DNA of 63,989 nt, filler included, from Catajapyx aquilonaris (GCA_000934665.2; 2 parts of 2 records of this genome joined end to end with filler, not necessarily neighbours in it); one strand, 5' to 3'; positions 51,696 through 63,989 are shown, counted from the first letter of the whole stretch. The notes: generated by a model from the letters alone, not told the origin. Program-made: numbers and translations.

Positions 51696-54600
51696 GCACA
51701 GATGGGCAATTTGGCAGTCACAGATGACACACGCCTCCAAGCCCATTTGCTGGACCAACATAACCGCAAGTTAAAGCAAATACTGGTGCAATTATGGAAC
51801 CATGTCGCCAGGAAAATATATGCTTAAGCGAAGCTCATTGAAATATAGTCACTCCATACGAGCAGCGGAGAAATCGAGGTCAAGGCTTATGTAGCTCACT
51901 GACCCGGCCTGAATTTTACACCAGTTTTCAAGTATCCTTTCATAAGGAGATTAGGAGGTAATTTGGCCTTCTGACAATCTGACGTTTCCTATAATGTAGA
52001 TAAAATAACCGCATTTTGTTTGCTTGCAAGAGTACTTGATGAACTGCTGTTTAATACAAAATCTTTGGGTCTGGTTCAGTGAACCTAACATGGAAAGGTA
52101 CTGGACCCGACACAGCACTTAAATTAAGGCCACCAGTAGACAATAACGGATCATTTCGGTCAACTTTCCTTTACACTTGGACCTACAAAAAAACCGCACA
52201 AAACTGGATGATTTCATTTTGGGTGCTCAAAATGCAGAAAACTGTCCCCGGACAGGAAGGCCAGCGTTCTAAGACAACCTGCGACTTTGACCCCTGGAAG
52301 TCGTTAAGTGCCTGAAGTATGACACCAAGTTGAAGAAAACAAAACCCCAAAACTTCCTAGTAGAGGTAGGCCTAGTACATGCATTGATAGATATAAAGAC
52401 TACTTGCACATCACCAGTATAAGCCATTCTCCTTGATTATGGCTTGTGATTTAACAAAGATTAAATATCAAATGACACGAAAATCACCTCATGAAAACAA
52501 TCACGAACTCTACCTCCGTACAACAAATTTATGACAGCCAAGTAGTAAAGTTACTCTCAAGGTAAGGAGATATTTAGAAGCACTGTCGAATCACACCACT
52601 GAATGTATTTTTCAAGTGTCCTCTCTCCGCCTGGCAATTATATCATCACCTTCGCCTTGCACTGTACATTGAGCTATGAATTCAAATTAATATCATCCAT
52701 AGACAAATCAGGCATGGATGAAAAATCCTTAGAGATAAAAACTTCGTCACCACTGAGCGCATCTCCCTCCGTTTGTTTAATAGTTTCAATGGTTCTGTCC
52801 ACTGGAATAAATATCCGTCCTTTTTCATACCTGCGAGTTTACAAGCAAAGCGTGACCAAGGAATACACCATGAGACAAATTAACAACGAGCAGCTATTGC
52901 AAAACTGTAAGTGACGTATCATGAATGAGGTGTTGCATTTCTAATGCCAATATATCACTAACCTGTTGCTGCACTTTCCCCCTCCAACCCGTAATAGTCA
53001 TTGTAATAAAAAGTCGCAAATAGCATTTCTTGACACTGTCCACACACAGCAGGTGACACAAAATAATTGGGGCTACTCCAATTGCTACGAAATGTGCAGT
53101 TGAAAAGCCTGGTTAGATTATTTGTAATAATGGCGACGACGGACCTGGAGAGTCAGTCGAAAGTGACAAAATTCACAAAAATATAGTGTAAATCCAAGGC
53201 AACAGCCAGCAGTCCATTAGGTCGATGAAGATCAACTACCCATACTCAATACCCATTACACCTCCAATAATGACAACCAATAAGATTTTGCTATGAAAGG
53301 GACAGTAGTAGCATATATGGAAGAGGAAAGTTCGATGCAGAGCTTATCAGCTGCTTGAATGTGGATAATCGTCAACCAAAATATTTGAGCCAAAGAACTG
53401 AGAATCTGCAGCTACATCAATTACTTAAAAGCTAGATGCAAACATGGTCACAAGTGTCTTTGGAAGATTCACGAGCTTGTTAAACAATGGGAGTTGACTT
53501 CAATAAATCACTGGCAGCGACATGGTATCATTCCGTAACACAAACATTCCCATCTATTATTACCGTAACTTTGTGACTAATATAATTATGGCAAATACTT
53601 CTGTTCAATGACAAGATGTAGCCCTTTTCAACAGAAGTTCTACTCCTGCAAAGGCCAGAAGAATCGAAGACAACGACAATACAAACTACTATTATCAATC
53701 ACCACCTTATTAGTACAGGAATAACGTAATGTCTAAACACCGTCACTAACATGGCTGTAGCTGCGGCTGTGATAGTAATGGCTGGATATTTTTGGGCTCT
53801 TTGTTGTTTCTACCTTTAGAAACACTTTGCGGGCTCATCTATTAATAACATGCACAAGTATGTAACTTTAACTGAGACTACAAAGTCCATATAAGCCATG
53901 TAGAACTGTCAGTTTGGCATTAGTACTCTATATGTTTTGAAGAAAATGTGCATAGTTGAACATGGCAACATGAGAGTAGTTTATGACTTTCCAGTCGCAT
54001 ACTAGGCGGTCTTTGATTGCGTGGATTGGATCACAGTTAGTGACACAAAGTGCGCTGGTGTGAAAGGGAGTCATTGAAGACCAGAGAGAGGCTAACTGGA
54101 TGCCCCAATCCATGACAATATGTGCCCAAGAGACAAGGACGCGTTGAAGAGATCACCACTACACAGTTGCAAAAACAAAAACATGAAAGGGAAAGATTCC
54201 TTATTTTTAAGCACTCCCATCAAAGACATAATACATAAATATGAATGCTCCAATTCTTCTGTTGAAACCTATATCCGAGTAAGCATACTGAGTTTTGATT
54301 GACAACACCAAGACTACTGTCAACTGACACATCCCAGCACTGCAAATAACATATCTAAACAAATATCAACCCAACATACTTTTCACAGCAACTCAAGTGC
54401 AATCATTTGTTCACACAAGTCTTCCACTATTGCCTTGCGACAGAAGACATGCCGCCACCTCAATTGCAACATCCGCCTGGAGTGTCAAAATATTAAGGCC
54501 AGATGCAACTACTTGCATAGTGTAAACATCCAAATTTACACATACTTGCTGTGACGCTAAGAAACCGCGTTGTTCTCAAGTCTAAGAGTGTACTGCTGTG

Positions 54601-55390
54601 CATTAAGCGTTTCAGCATAACAATATGTTCTTACCCTTGGTTGAATTAGTGTAAGCATAACATAGGCTCTTTTCCCACAATTTCAAATCCACTTGTGGAA
54701 AATCCTTATGCTCTAGACAGAAACATCCTGAGGCCCGTTAATCCAACGACACAGGAATCCTACACCTGAAGATATCTAGAGAGATTCCGCCATATCTACA
54801 ATGTGAGGTTTGCCCTCCAAAAGGTGCGTACTCTGAATTCACCCAAGAAGAGGAAAAAGCGCTCTGCCAAAGTGAACCCAAATGACCAGCCTGTGGAATG
54901 CAAAACAATCCAGTGAAGGAGGAGTCAGAGAGATATTTTTCTCAGGCAGCATTGAAGATTGCATTTGTTGAGTTTTTGCAATAAACCTCACTCGTGCTGT
55001 TATAGGAAGTTGACGAAGAAAAAAAAAAAGCTACAACACACAGTCAACGGAGTGATTTGGATCAAGATTTCATTTTCCAGGGCCCCAATGTGAATTTGAG
55101 TTGAAGACCTGCAGGGAACAATGTGACAAACACCACATGCCATACGACATCACAATACAAGTTGCGCCGTTGGGTTGTGGTGGAGGACCTTAGTGTGCAG
55201 ACTCCCAGGATGTTACATGTTTGTGCTGATCCATCATCACAGGTATCAGAAGCATCCCAAGTCACCAAAATATCATGAATATTGAGACATAGCAACATTC
55301 GTCTAGACAAAAATGGCAGCTTAACTGAGCCTAAGTTATTTTAAAGCCTTTTTCAAAGAGAAAGCTACTCTCATTGGACCAACAATAGCC

Positions 55391-56165
55391 TATATGTCGT
55401 AGCTCCATAAATATGAAATGTCGACTAAAATTGGAGACATGCCGTAGTGAAGAATTACAGCATGTGTCCTGAAATATTGGCTGGGCCAGCCCCGCAACAC
55501 TCCGACCCCATTCGTATGTCACAGACAGATGGTCCAAAATTTCGTTCACAGCTGCCCCGGTCATCAGATCCACCATGGCAAGGTCAACATGCGCCACAGT
55601 AGCAAATAGTGTCACCTAGATAAATTCTCATGAATTCCCACACATTTCCAATCACATTTCACTTCTGGAGGCGTACTAGTTGGAAAGTTATTTGGAAATA
55701 AAAATAGGTACCGACTTCTGATACACCCTAGTCTGCCATGCGTGAACAAATAGGGAACATTTCGGTTGAAAAGGTTAGGCCTACTAACTGTAAGTCAGGA
55801 AAGACATGATATCTGCTGTTCAACTTAGCAAGTGTTAAATATTTTATTTTCTGCCTAAGCGCAATGCATTATGCTTCAACCTCCACCGACTGCATGTGTG
55901 CCCTGCATGTGCCAAACTGCATGGGGAGAGAGGCATCACGTTCTCTGACGTACATGTGTCCAACGCCACCCCGACACTTTGCGAAGTGTGTAATGCCGAC
56001 TGGCCAGATTCTGAATTACGGCATCAGCCCAACGCCTTGCTCACACTTCGCGAACAGTCCAATATTTCAGGGCACATGCTGTAATTCTTCAGGGGAGATT
56101 GCACTACAGCACGTGTCCAATTATAGTAGACATTTCACGAAGTCACTATGGGGCTACGACATACA
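55391..56165. repeat. Diverged ~90-100-bp inverted repeat pair (55391-55480 / 56059-56165)
   Basis: GAAGAATTACAGCATGTGTCCTGAAATATTGG pairs with CCAATATTTCAGGGCACATGCTGTAATTCTTC. The ORF track shows PIFQDTCCNSS / PIFQGTCCNSS on opposite strands. Confidence 0.7.
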
Positions 56166-56512
56166 CATTTGACCTGATTTCACTGTAGGTTATGCAGAAT
56201 TAAATTGTAAAATGAAAATGTTGCACAATACCCGGTACTGGAAAAAAAAAAAGCATATCAGGAACATACATTAAAAAAAAATCATTCCATCAGAATAGCA
56301 TAGAAACCACCTAGGCTAGACCTGCAGACGGGACTTTGTGCTCGACCCGTTCCCATCCCTGCACGGGGTGGGCAGCAACCAGGGGCCAGCACGGGGGCAG
56401 ACTTCCTTCCCCCAACCCAAAAAAGAACCTGACACGAAATGAGGGGGAGCTGCAATGGAATGTTAGTGCTAGGCCTGGAAATACGGAAGTCGCTAAGCTT
56501 GAAATGACCACA

Positions 56513-56929
56513 AAAATGGCCGCCACCTTATTTCCAACTCTCCGCCGCGAGATTCCGAAACGGACATTACTTTCTCATGGCCGGTCGCAGATCGGCGGCC
56601 GCGGTCCCGGTCCACTCATCCGCTGCATCGATGAATAGAGAGGGTAGGTGCTGCCACCTGTCTTCAGACGGACTGCGCATGCGCTCTTCTTTAGTGTCCT
56701 TCAGTCATCATTTCTTCTCTTGTCTGGTGGTGGATCATCGTCATCACCAGTCTCCTCTGGTCTCCACAGTCTACCTAGAAAAGAGAGAGAGCGGATCCAT
56801 AGAGAGCAGTAGGAAGAGGACACGTAACAGCACAGGTGAGATGGTGATGGGAAGGGTCACACACATACTCCACATGCCAGCACATGTGTTGTCATGACCA
56901 GTGATTTCATGTTGGTTTGTTTGTTTCAG
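56513..56929 (+). promoter_or_regulatory. Probable Sin3 promoter, 5' UTR exon and UTR intron (56836-56929)
   Basis: CpG-rich patch containing YY1/Pho-like AAAATGGCCGCC (56513), NRF1/Ewg-like TGCGCATGCGC (56674) and arthropod-type initiator TCAGTC (56701). CACAG|GTGAG donor at 56836 and TTGTTTGTTTCAG acceptor ending 56929. Confidence 0.55.
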
Positions 56930-56962
56930 GTTCACAGGTCCTGCTGTGTTCCTGGATGTGAG

Positions 56963-59900
56963 ATGGTCAGGATTGAAGAAGTGTCCAGGATGAAGCCGGA
57001 TTCAGATGAAGAAGGCCGAGAGACCACTCCTCCAAATACATCAGGAGCTGAGGCTGGAGCATCAATCACTGATGCTGCAACTCAAGAGTCCCCTTCGAGT
57101 CTAGCAAACCAACAGTCCCTGACTCATCCAGAGGAACCGAGTGGAATGGCCTGCAGTGTGGGGTCACCATCAACAACCATGTCAACCCATCAGTGGGATG
57201 CTGCTGCATCAGGTGGTAGTTCCCACGATGGTCAGCCGCAGTTCAAGCGCGTCAAAATTGATGATGCCTTGGCCTATTTGGAGCTAGTCAAGTCCACGGT
57301 TACATACCAGCCGCAGTTGTACAATGAATTCTTAGACCTCATGAAAGCCTTCAAAGCGCAGTCAATCGATACAGCTAGAGTAATTTCATATATCTCGAGC
57401 CTCTTTCGAGATCACGTGGAGCTGATTGTTGGTTTCAACGCTTTCTTGCCCCATGGTTGTAAGGTTGAAGTGCTGCCTGGAGATCAGATGATGGTCACCA
57501 TGCCTTCGCAGACCAGGGTGGTGCCCATTCCAACTGGGTATCCACACAGGCACCATATCCAGCTTCCAGTTGTTGCTGCGACCCCACCAGAACTAGTTGG
57601 TAGGACAGCTCACCTAGTCCACAATGCTCCTGTTAGGCCGTCCCTTACAATATCACCAGAAACATCACCTCAAGTTCACCCAACTGAATTCAACCTTGCC
57701 ATCCACTTTGTGAACAAGATCAAGAGCCGGCTTCGAGGGCAGCCAGACAAGTACAGGCAGTTCCTAGACGTACTTCATACTTACCAGAAGGATCAGGGAA
57801 AGCTTAAGCAGGGTGCTGCGTCTGCACTTCGGAGGCAGCATATTATGTCGGAGGCAGAAGTGTACAGGAAGGTTGCCAAGTTGTTTGATAACCAAGAGGA
57901 TTTGCTGCAGGAGTTTGTGGAGTTCTTGCCCGACGCCAGTAGTTACATGGCATTTTATGGTCAGAGCTTCAAAGGGACAGCTGCTAATAAACCAGCTGTC
58001 ACTGTTGCGAAACTACCAGTCCTTCCTAGAGCATCTGCCATGGAAAAGTCGAGGATGACCTCAACATCAGTTATGTCAATGGCCGAATCTGGAAAGCATG
58101 GATCCTCACTTGACCGCACGTTTTTTGACAAGGTTCGTCATGCACTGAAGTATCCCAATCCGTTTGATAACTTTCTGAAATATCTGCAGCTCTACAACCA
58201 AAAAGCTTTGTCAAAAACAGAATTGGTACATATGGTGACACCATTTCTGGGCAAGTTTCCTGATCTGTTTGACTGGTTCAAGGAGGTCCTTCTTCGCCAC
58301 AAAAGTGGCATCCTACACGTTGATACCACACCTACAACAGTTGTTGCTGAGAATGAAGGACCTTATGGTGCCATGGGAATTGACTATACCACATGCAAGC
58401 GCATTGGTGCCAGCTATTGCGCTCTGCCGGAAACCTACGTACAGCCAGTATGTTCTGGCCGCACCAGCCTGTGCAAGGAGGCTCTGAATGACACGTGGGT
58501 TTCCTTCCCATCCTGGTCCGAGAGTTCCACTTTTGTTCGTTCTAGTAAGATGGAGTATGAAGATCGCGTGTGGCGATGTGAAGAGGACAGATTTGAGCTG
58601 GATATGATGATTGAGACTAATGCAGCAGCTATTGTCTCTCTGGAGGCAGTACAGAAAGAGATGTCACGTATGACTCCAGAAGAGGTTGAGCGCTTCAGAC
58701 TTGATGATTGTCTTGGAGGCACTTCGCCAACTATAAACCAGAGGGCCATACGTCGCATCTATGGAGACAATGCTCTTGAAGTTATTGATGCACTACAGGA
58801 GAATCCATCTCTTGCCATTCCAGTTGTCTTACGGCGCTTAAAGGCTAAGGATGAGGAGTGGCATGAATCACAAAGAGGATTCAAGGAGGACTGGCGCGAG
58901 CAGATGAAGAAATACTATCTGAAGTCGCTTGATTACCAGGGAATAAATTTCAAGCAGACTGACATGAAGGCCCTTAAAAGCAAGAGCCTCTTAAAGGAAA
59001 TAGAGGCACTTTACGATGAAAGGTATGAGCAGGCCGATAAAGGCAGCCAAGTGTCGGGAGGACCTCATCTTGTGTTGGATTACCCAAACAAGAGTGTGAT
59101 TAACGATGCTTCATATCTTATCCTTCATCATGTGAAGCGGCTCAAAGGGATACTTCGGGAAGACAAGCAAAAAATGAAACACTTGCTACGACTAATTGTG
59201 CCAGAGTCGTTCTTAAATCCACGTCAGGAGCTGGGTGACGATGAGCCTGATGGTGATTGTGATGGTGGTAAGGAAGCCAAGGATAAGTGTGACACCCCAC
59301 CGGCCAATGATAGTTACATGATGTTCATGGGAAGTAACAACTGGTACCTCCTGCTTCGGTACCACCACATACTTTGTGAGAGGCTGACTTCCATATATGA
59401 ACATGCACTTCAGGTTGCAGAAGAGGAGGCTCGTAACCGCAAGGACCTACTTAAATCGGATGCTGTCGCTCTGCAATTGAAAAGGGGAGACTTACCTGTT
59501 GATGAGTACTACAACATTTTTCTTGACATGGTCAAAAGTGTGCTTGATCGACATGTTGATGCCGACACCTACGAAGACACGTTACGTCAGATGTTTGGCA
59601 TCCACGCGTACATTGCATTCACCTTAGACAAAGTTGTTGTCAATGCTGTGCTTGAACTTCAGCACATTGTCAACGATGATACATGCATGAGGTGCATGGA
59701 AGCATTCCTTCTAAACCGTGGTTGTCATGAGGCATTGTACCAACGTCGTGCTCAGAAGATGCTGGCCAAAGAAAATTCCTTTCTCATCAAAGTCTACAAC
59801 CACAAGTGTCTCATAACGGTGGAGCTTCTACCTGAGTGGAAGTATCCATCGAAAGAGGTTCCAAATTGGCGGTCGTATGTTGAGCGGTTCTTAACCACTT

Positions 59901-60745
59901 TTCCGCAACGATTGAAGGAAGTCCTGATGATGCGCCGTCCAAGATTTTTGCCACGCAACCGACGCTCTTGGCCTACTGCAACAACAGCTGATGAGTCTGA
60001 AAATGTAAGTAAGTGTAAGTATATAAGTATTTGTGTTCCTCCTTTCTGCAAGTTACGTTCATTTTGCAGAATAGAGAGATACAAACATTATACGAAATGT
60101 TTTAAGTGGGACTAAAACATCCAGGGACTGACTGCTTACATTTTTAATTACTTTTATGGCGTAATTTAGCCCAAACTGCTACTTTTTTTAAATTATTAAG
60201 AAACCTCTGTAATTTTTATTTGATCCACCCTCATGCTAACGTGGGAGGCGATATTAATTCCACTTACCTTTACACAGGAGTCAGAAAATACACCCGAGGC
60301 AGCTGATGGAGAGGAAATTGCCGACCACAAGCACTGCCGACTGTCTCAGGCTATAGCTAGCAAGGTAGTGATAGTAGTGGGCAGTCATGAGTCTCATAAC
60401 TACATGTACAAGCTGAACTCACTCCTTCGGGCACGTGAAGGGCATTGCAGACTAACCCGCAGGGTTGATGCTCAATTCCGCTATTGGCACTGGAAGTGGT
60501 CGGAGGCCAATGTGAGTCTCCAGCAGCATATGGAGAACGAGGAGTGGATGATGGGCAGGGGAGAGGATATGGTCCCTAACATAACGTCGGTGAACGGACC
60601 GAATGACCTGTCACGCCCACCTTACCGGATGTACAATCGCTACAGGGTTAAAAGGCTGCCTACAAAGGAACAACACAAAGAATCAGGCAGTGGAATAAGC
60701 GACACAAAGTCGAAGGAGGGGGAGGAAGAGAAGCGGTGTGTATGA
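56963..60745 (+). CDS. Sin3: Paired amphipathic helix protein Sin3 (HDAC corepressor scaffold). Predicted coding exons 56963-60004 and 60278-60745, about 1169 aa
   Basis: ORF 56894-60115 carries PAH1 (RVKIDDALAYLELVK...YNEFLDLMKAFKAQSIDT...LIVGFNAFLP), PAH2 (EFNLAIHFVNKIKSR...FLDVLHTYQK), PAH3 (FFDKVR...FLGKFPDLFDWFK), the HID (CKRIGASYCALP...CSGRTSLCKEALNDTWVSFPSWSE...RFELD...YYLKSLDYQG) and the C-terminal YEDTLRQMFGIHAYIAFTLDK region. A GTAAGT donor at 60005 and a TTTACACAG acceptor ending 60277 join in phase 0 to ORF 60233-60745, which matches the Sin3 C-terminus (YMYK..LLRA..H....FRYW..KW....WMMG...VP...YNRYRV). Start codon is uncertain (56963 or 56990). Confidence 0.93.
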
Positions 60746-62376
60746 GAGGGATTTTGGTGGGCCAAAATGGGGTTCTTCTCGTCATGAATATTTATTCAGT
60801 GATTCTTTTAGTTTCTTCTTTAAAATTATGTATGAAATGAACTTAACCTTAATGTGATATTATGAAGCGATGGAAAAAAAATTAGTGTGAGGTAGATGGA
60901 AAATTTTCATATTCATTCCCAGTGCAGAAGTTGTGTTGGAATTTAAGAAGAAGAGGTGATAATATTTTTACTTTGTTTAAAAAGCCAAGGTATTAAATAT
61001 GTTTGGTGCATTTTAAATGCATTTCGTCTGATCAATTTTTAAAAGGTGGAAGAAGTTAAAATTTCAGTTTGCTAAGTTCTTTATTAGAGAGTAGTGTGGA
61101 CTATAATTAACTCCCCTTTTTCTCCTCCAGTGTATTATGAGAGAGTGTGTCCAATAACTTTTTACATCGTAGTCCTTTGAGTGTATGTAACACGGTATAC
61201 CCAGCTGTCATTTATAATTTCCCTGAAAGATCCAACCTGTATGAAGCTGAAAGATCAGTACTGGAAATAAATTGCAGGTATATATGCTCACTTTCTCAGG
61301 TGTACCTTTTGATCTTGATATTCCATACCTAAGCCAGCCTAGTTTCACATCATTAATCCTCTTCATCCGCTCAGACTCTACTTCCCTCAACATGGGGGTC
61401 TTATTTTTTAGGAGATTTGAACTTCTAATCTGTCCCACTGCTAGTTACTGCTAACTTAGCATTAGTCCAAGAATAAATAATAACTAGAATGGTCAATGGA
61501 TTTAATTTGAAGATGGATTTTATTGCAAGCACAAGTTCACATAATGTACATGAATACATACAGAATATAATATTACACATCATATCACAGAATCATACAG
61601 TTTAAATATGTAAATGCCTGTGGTGGGCAGCATGACTGGGCTATCTTCTTCCTCATGATGATGCCATTTCATCCAGATGCGACGGAGGACCACCAGGATG
61701 TCACAGGAACCTTTGCACCCGGCAGCAATTTTCAGCTGGAAAAAACAAACAAACAAGAAATTAGTTATTATGTCACACATCAAACAATGGGTTTTCAGTT
61801 GTCATTACAGCTGGCATGGTAGCACTCGGCATCGCAAAATTGTGGTTAGGGCCAGTTGGATATTCAAAGTATCAGATTTATAGTAGTGATCCTAATTGCT
61901 TGCTAATTGTTGCAGACAATGATGCGGATGAGATCACCTCACTTAATGAGGTAAAGCACACTAATAAGACACCTGGTTTAGTTCTAATGCAACGTAATCT
62001 GATTTTTTCAGTTGTTCAGATTTTCAGTGTTTTTCAGTTGTAGATTACAGCACTAGTGCTGTCATCTACTCTCATAACTGAAAAATCAGAGGTCTTTGGC
62101 AGAACCAGGACCAAAATGTGCAATCCTTACTGCTTCTGAGAGTACCACGGTGCATGCCACATCAGCTGAGGGACCCAGACGAGATGGTAGATCGGGTGTG
62201 ATGGGGGCAGGACTGCACCAGGGCTGTTGCATGCTGGCCGACTGATGGATGCTCAGCTTCTTTCCACACTTCTCTTGACATATTCTGAAAAAACAATAAC
62301 GCCTTCAGTGTAAGATATTATTTTGCACCATGATGCTGTGAAACAACAAGGTATTGCACACGGCCGGGTAGTGTTG

Positions 62377-62510
62377 TACAGGGTGGTTCTCTCGAATGGA
62401 AACACAAAGATTCCTCAATAACTTTTTAACTGAATCGGTCATTTGGAAAAGGAGTCATCTCCAGCGCATCTCCAGAGGATATGACCCCTTTTCAAAATGA
62501 CCGATTCAAC
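62377..62510. mobile_element. Tc1/mariner-like MITE fragment with internal hairpin
   Basis: TACAGGGTG start. TGAATCGGTCATTTGGAAAAGGAGTCAT (62431) pairs with ATGACCCCTTTTCAAAATGACCGATTCA (62481-62508). Right terminus not found. Confidence 0.4.
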
Positions 62511-62635
62511 TATAGTATGGTTCCTGATGACGTCACACCGACTGAGCCTCCTTGTATTGTACCTGACAATGCTGACATCGCTGATGAGGCTTCTTCAATG
62601 ATGGAAGTTAGTAACTAATATAACTTTTTATCATA

Positions 62636-62908
62636 GGTTTGGTTTGGTTTGGTTTATTTGGAAGAAGCCAAAGCAACTATGGCTATCTGGCTGTAAGAAG
62701 AAGCAAAGGTGGGACAGATGGAGAGAGAAACGAAGAGGGAAAAGAAGAGAGGAAAGACTGGCATCTCTCTTAGTCTGTCTCCTATCCCAAAGACCTGTCC
62801 GGCTTGGGTGGCCCTACCAGTAGACGAAGCTACCGCCGGCATAGCTCTTGGGGTCATGGGAGAAACGCAAACCCCACCACCACGATAAGGTGGAGATACC
62901 ATCGGGGG
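62636..62908 (-). mobile_element. Short non-LTR (SINE-like) element, copy 2
   Basis: Same sequence and same 5' end as 44813-45075. Flanked by TTTTTATCA(T/A)AGGT direct repeats. Confidence 0.85.
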
Positions 62909-62916
62909 TTTTTTAT

Positions 62917-63586
62917 CAAAGGTGGGCACAGCTAACCGAAAAATCAGCTTCTCTAACAGCTGATCAGCTAACTACAAAAAATTGGATTTGCTAAATAGCT
63001 AATGCTAAATGGCTAGAAAATTAGTTAAAGCTAATGCTAACAGCTAACTTCCTTTTTTTTGCTCCACGACCCTTAAAAAACAGACCTAAGCTGATAAAGC
63101 CTAGAGAGCATTGCTACACATATTGAGTTATTTAGGCTACTGTTCCGTACAAAAAGCAATAAACAAATCCAAAGAGGAAAAAAGTTTATTTGTCTCAGAA
63201 GAAACCTACAAAGACAGGCAATGCAAAACTTATATTTAAAAAACTGGTAGCTGTAATATAATCCGCGCACCGAAGTGACCAGAAAATAAGTTTTGGCCAG
63301 GTAGACAGAGAATTTACAATCCGGCACCTAGCCCAGTAAAACTGGTCTATTTTAATCCCTGCCTGGAGTGGAAACAATGCAATTTTTAAAAGGAACAGAC
63401 AGCGAGACAGGAACACGAATGAATTTTGTTAGCTGAATTTATTTAGCTGCAGTGCGGCACTAATTTAGTGGGAGCTAATTAGTCAGCTAGCGGCCTGAAA
63501 AGTCAGAGAAAACAGCTAATCAGCTAACGAAAAGTTAGTTCTGCTGTTAGCTGTTAGCGGATTAGATGAGCTAATGCCCACCTTTG
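62917..63586. mobile_element. hAT-type MITE
   Basis: 12-bp TIRs CAAAGGTGGGCA / TGCCCACCTTTG, subterminal GCTAA/TTAGC repeats, and 8-bp TSD CTTTTTAT at 62624-62631 and 63587-63594. The left end was duplicated by the SINE-like insertion. Confidence 0.8.
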
Positions 63587-63989
63587 CTTTTTATTACTTT
63601 GTGAGACTGCCTGGGACAATATTATTCATTTAGAGACGTCATCAGTGCATGCATGTGTAACGCCGCAATTGAGCTGGTTGGGAATTGCCCCTGAAGGGGG
63701 ACATTCCTGCGTTAAGGGCGGTATCCAGTCTATCCACTGCTCAGTGTCAAGGGGTTTCAACCCGTTCAACCCCTTGAATCAACCCCTTGATATTGAGGCA
63801 ATTGAGCAGTGGATAATACCGCCCTTTACTTTGGTTGCCCCAGGTTCGGGTTCCCGCCTGTGGTCAGCGGGGAAAGGTGGGAACACTTGAATGAGTTGGT
63901 TGGTAGGAAGGGTTACCCAGCTTGTATGGCTCTGTCTGAGTCGAGCCTTGGCAGCCGGGGTAGGAGAGGAAGGTGTGGGGTGGGGGAGA

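Noticed and set aside
56894..56962. ORF-track Sin3 start at 56894 and C-terminus to 60115
   Set aside because: 56894 lies in a predicted UTR intron, and 60005-60115 is read-through past a GTAAGT donor. Sin3 homology resumes at 60278.

Overview
Eukaryotic (animal, probably arthropod-like) genomic DNA made of two contigs joined by an artificial 100-bp spacer (44 N + TTAATTAATTAA + 44 N at 31979-32078). The left 32 kb has no credible gene. It is a dense, nested patchwork of short-unit tandem arrays, foldback/MITE elements, two hAT-type MITEs with exact 8-bp TSDs, two tRNA-derived SINEs and an array of CTCF-like motifs. The right 32 kb contains a mosaic of diverged direct duplications (33-53 kb) and an unusual non-autonomous Gypsy-like LTR element (44169-47314). 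That element has inverted LTRs, a tRNA-Leu PBS, a stand-alone retropepsin ORF split by a SINE-like insertion, and a Tyr-rich repeat ORF. The right half also holds the only confident protein-coding gene, a divergent and nearly intronless Sin3 corepressor (56963-60745, +). Almost all other ORFs in the track are artefacts of repeats. Repeat boundaries without a TSD are approximate, and all alignments were done by eye.
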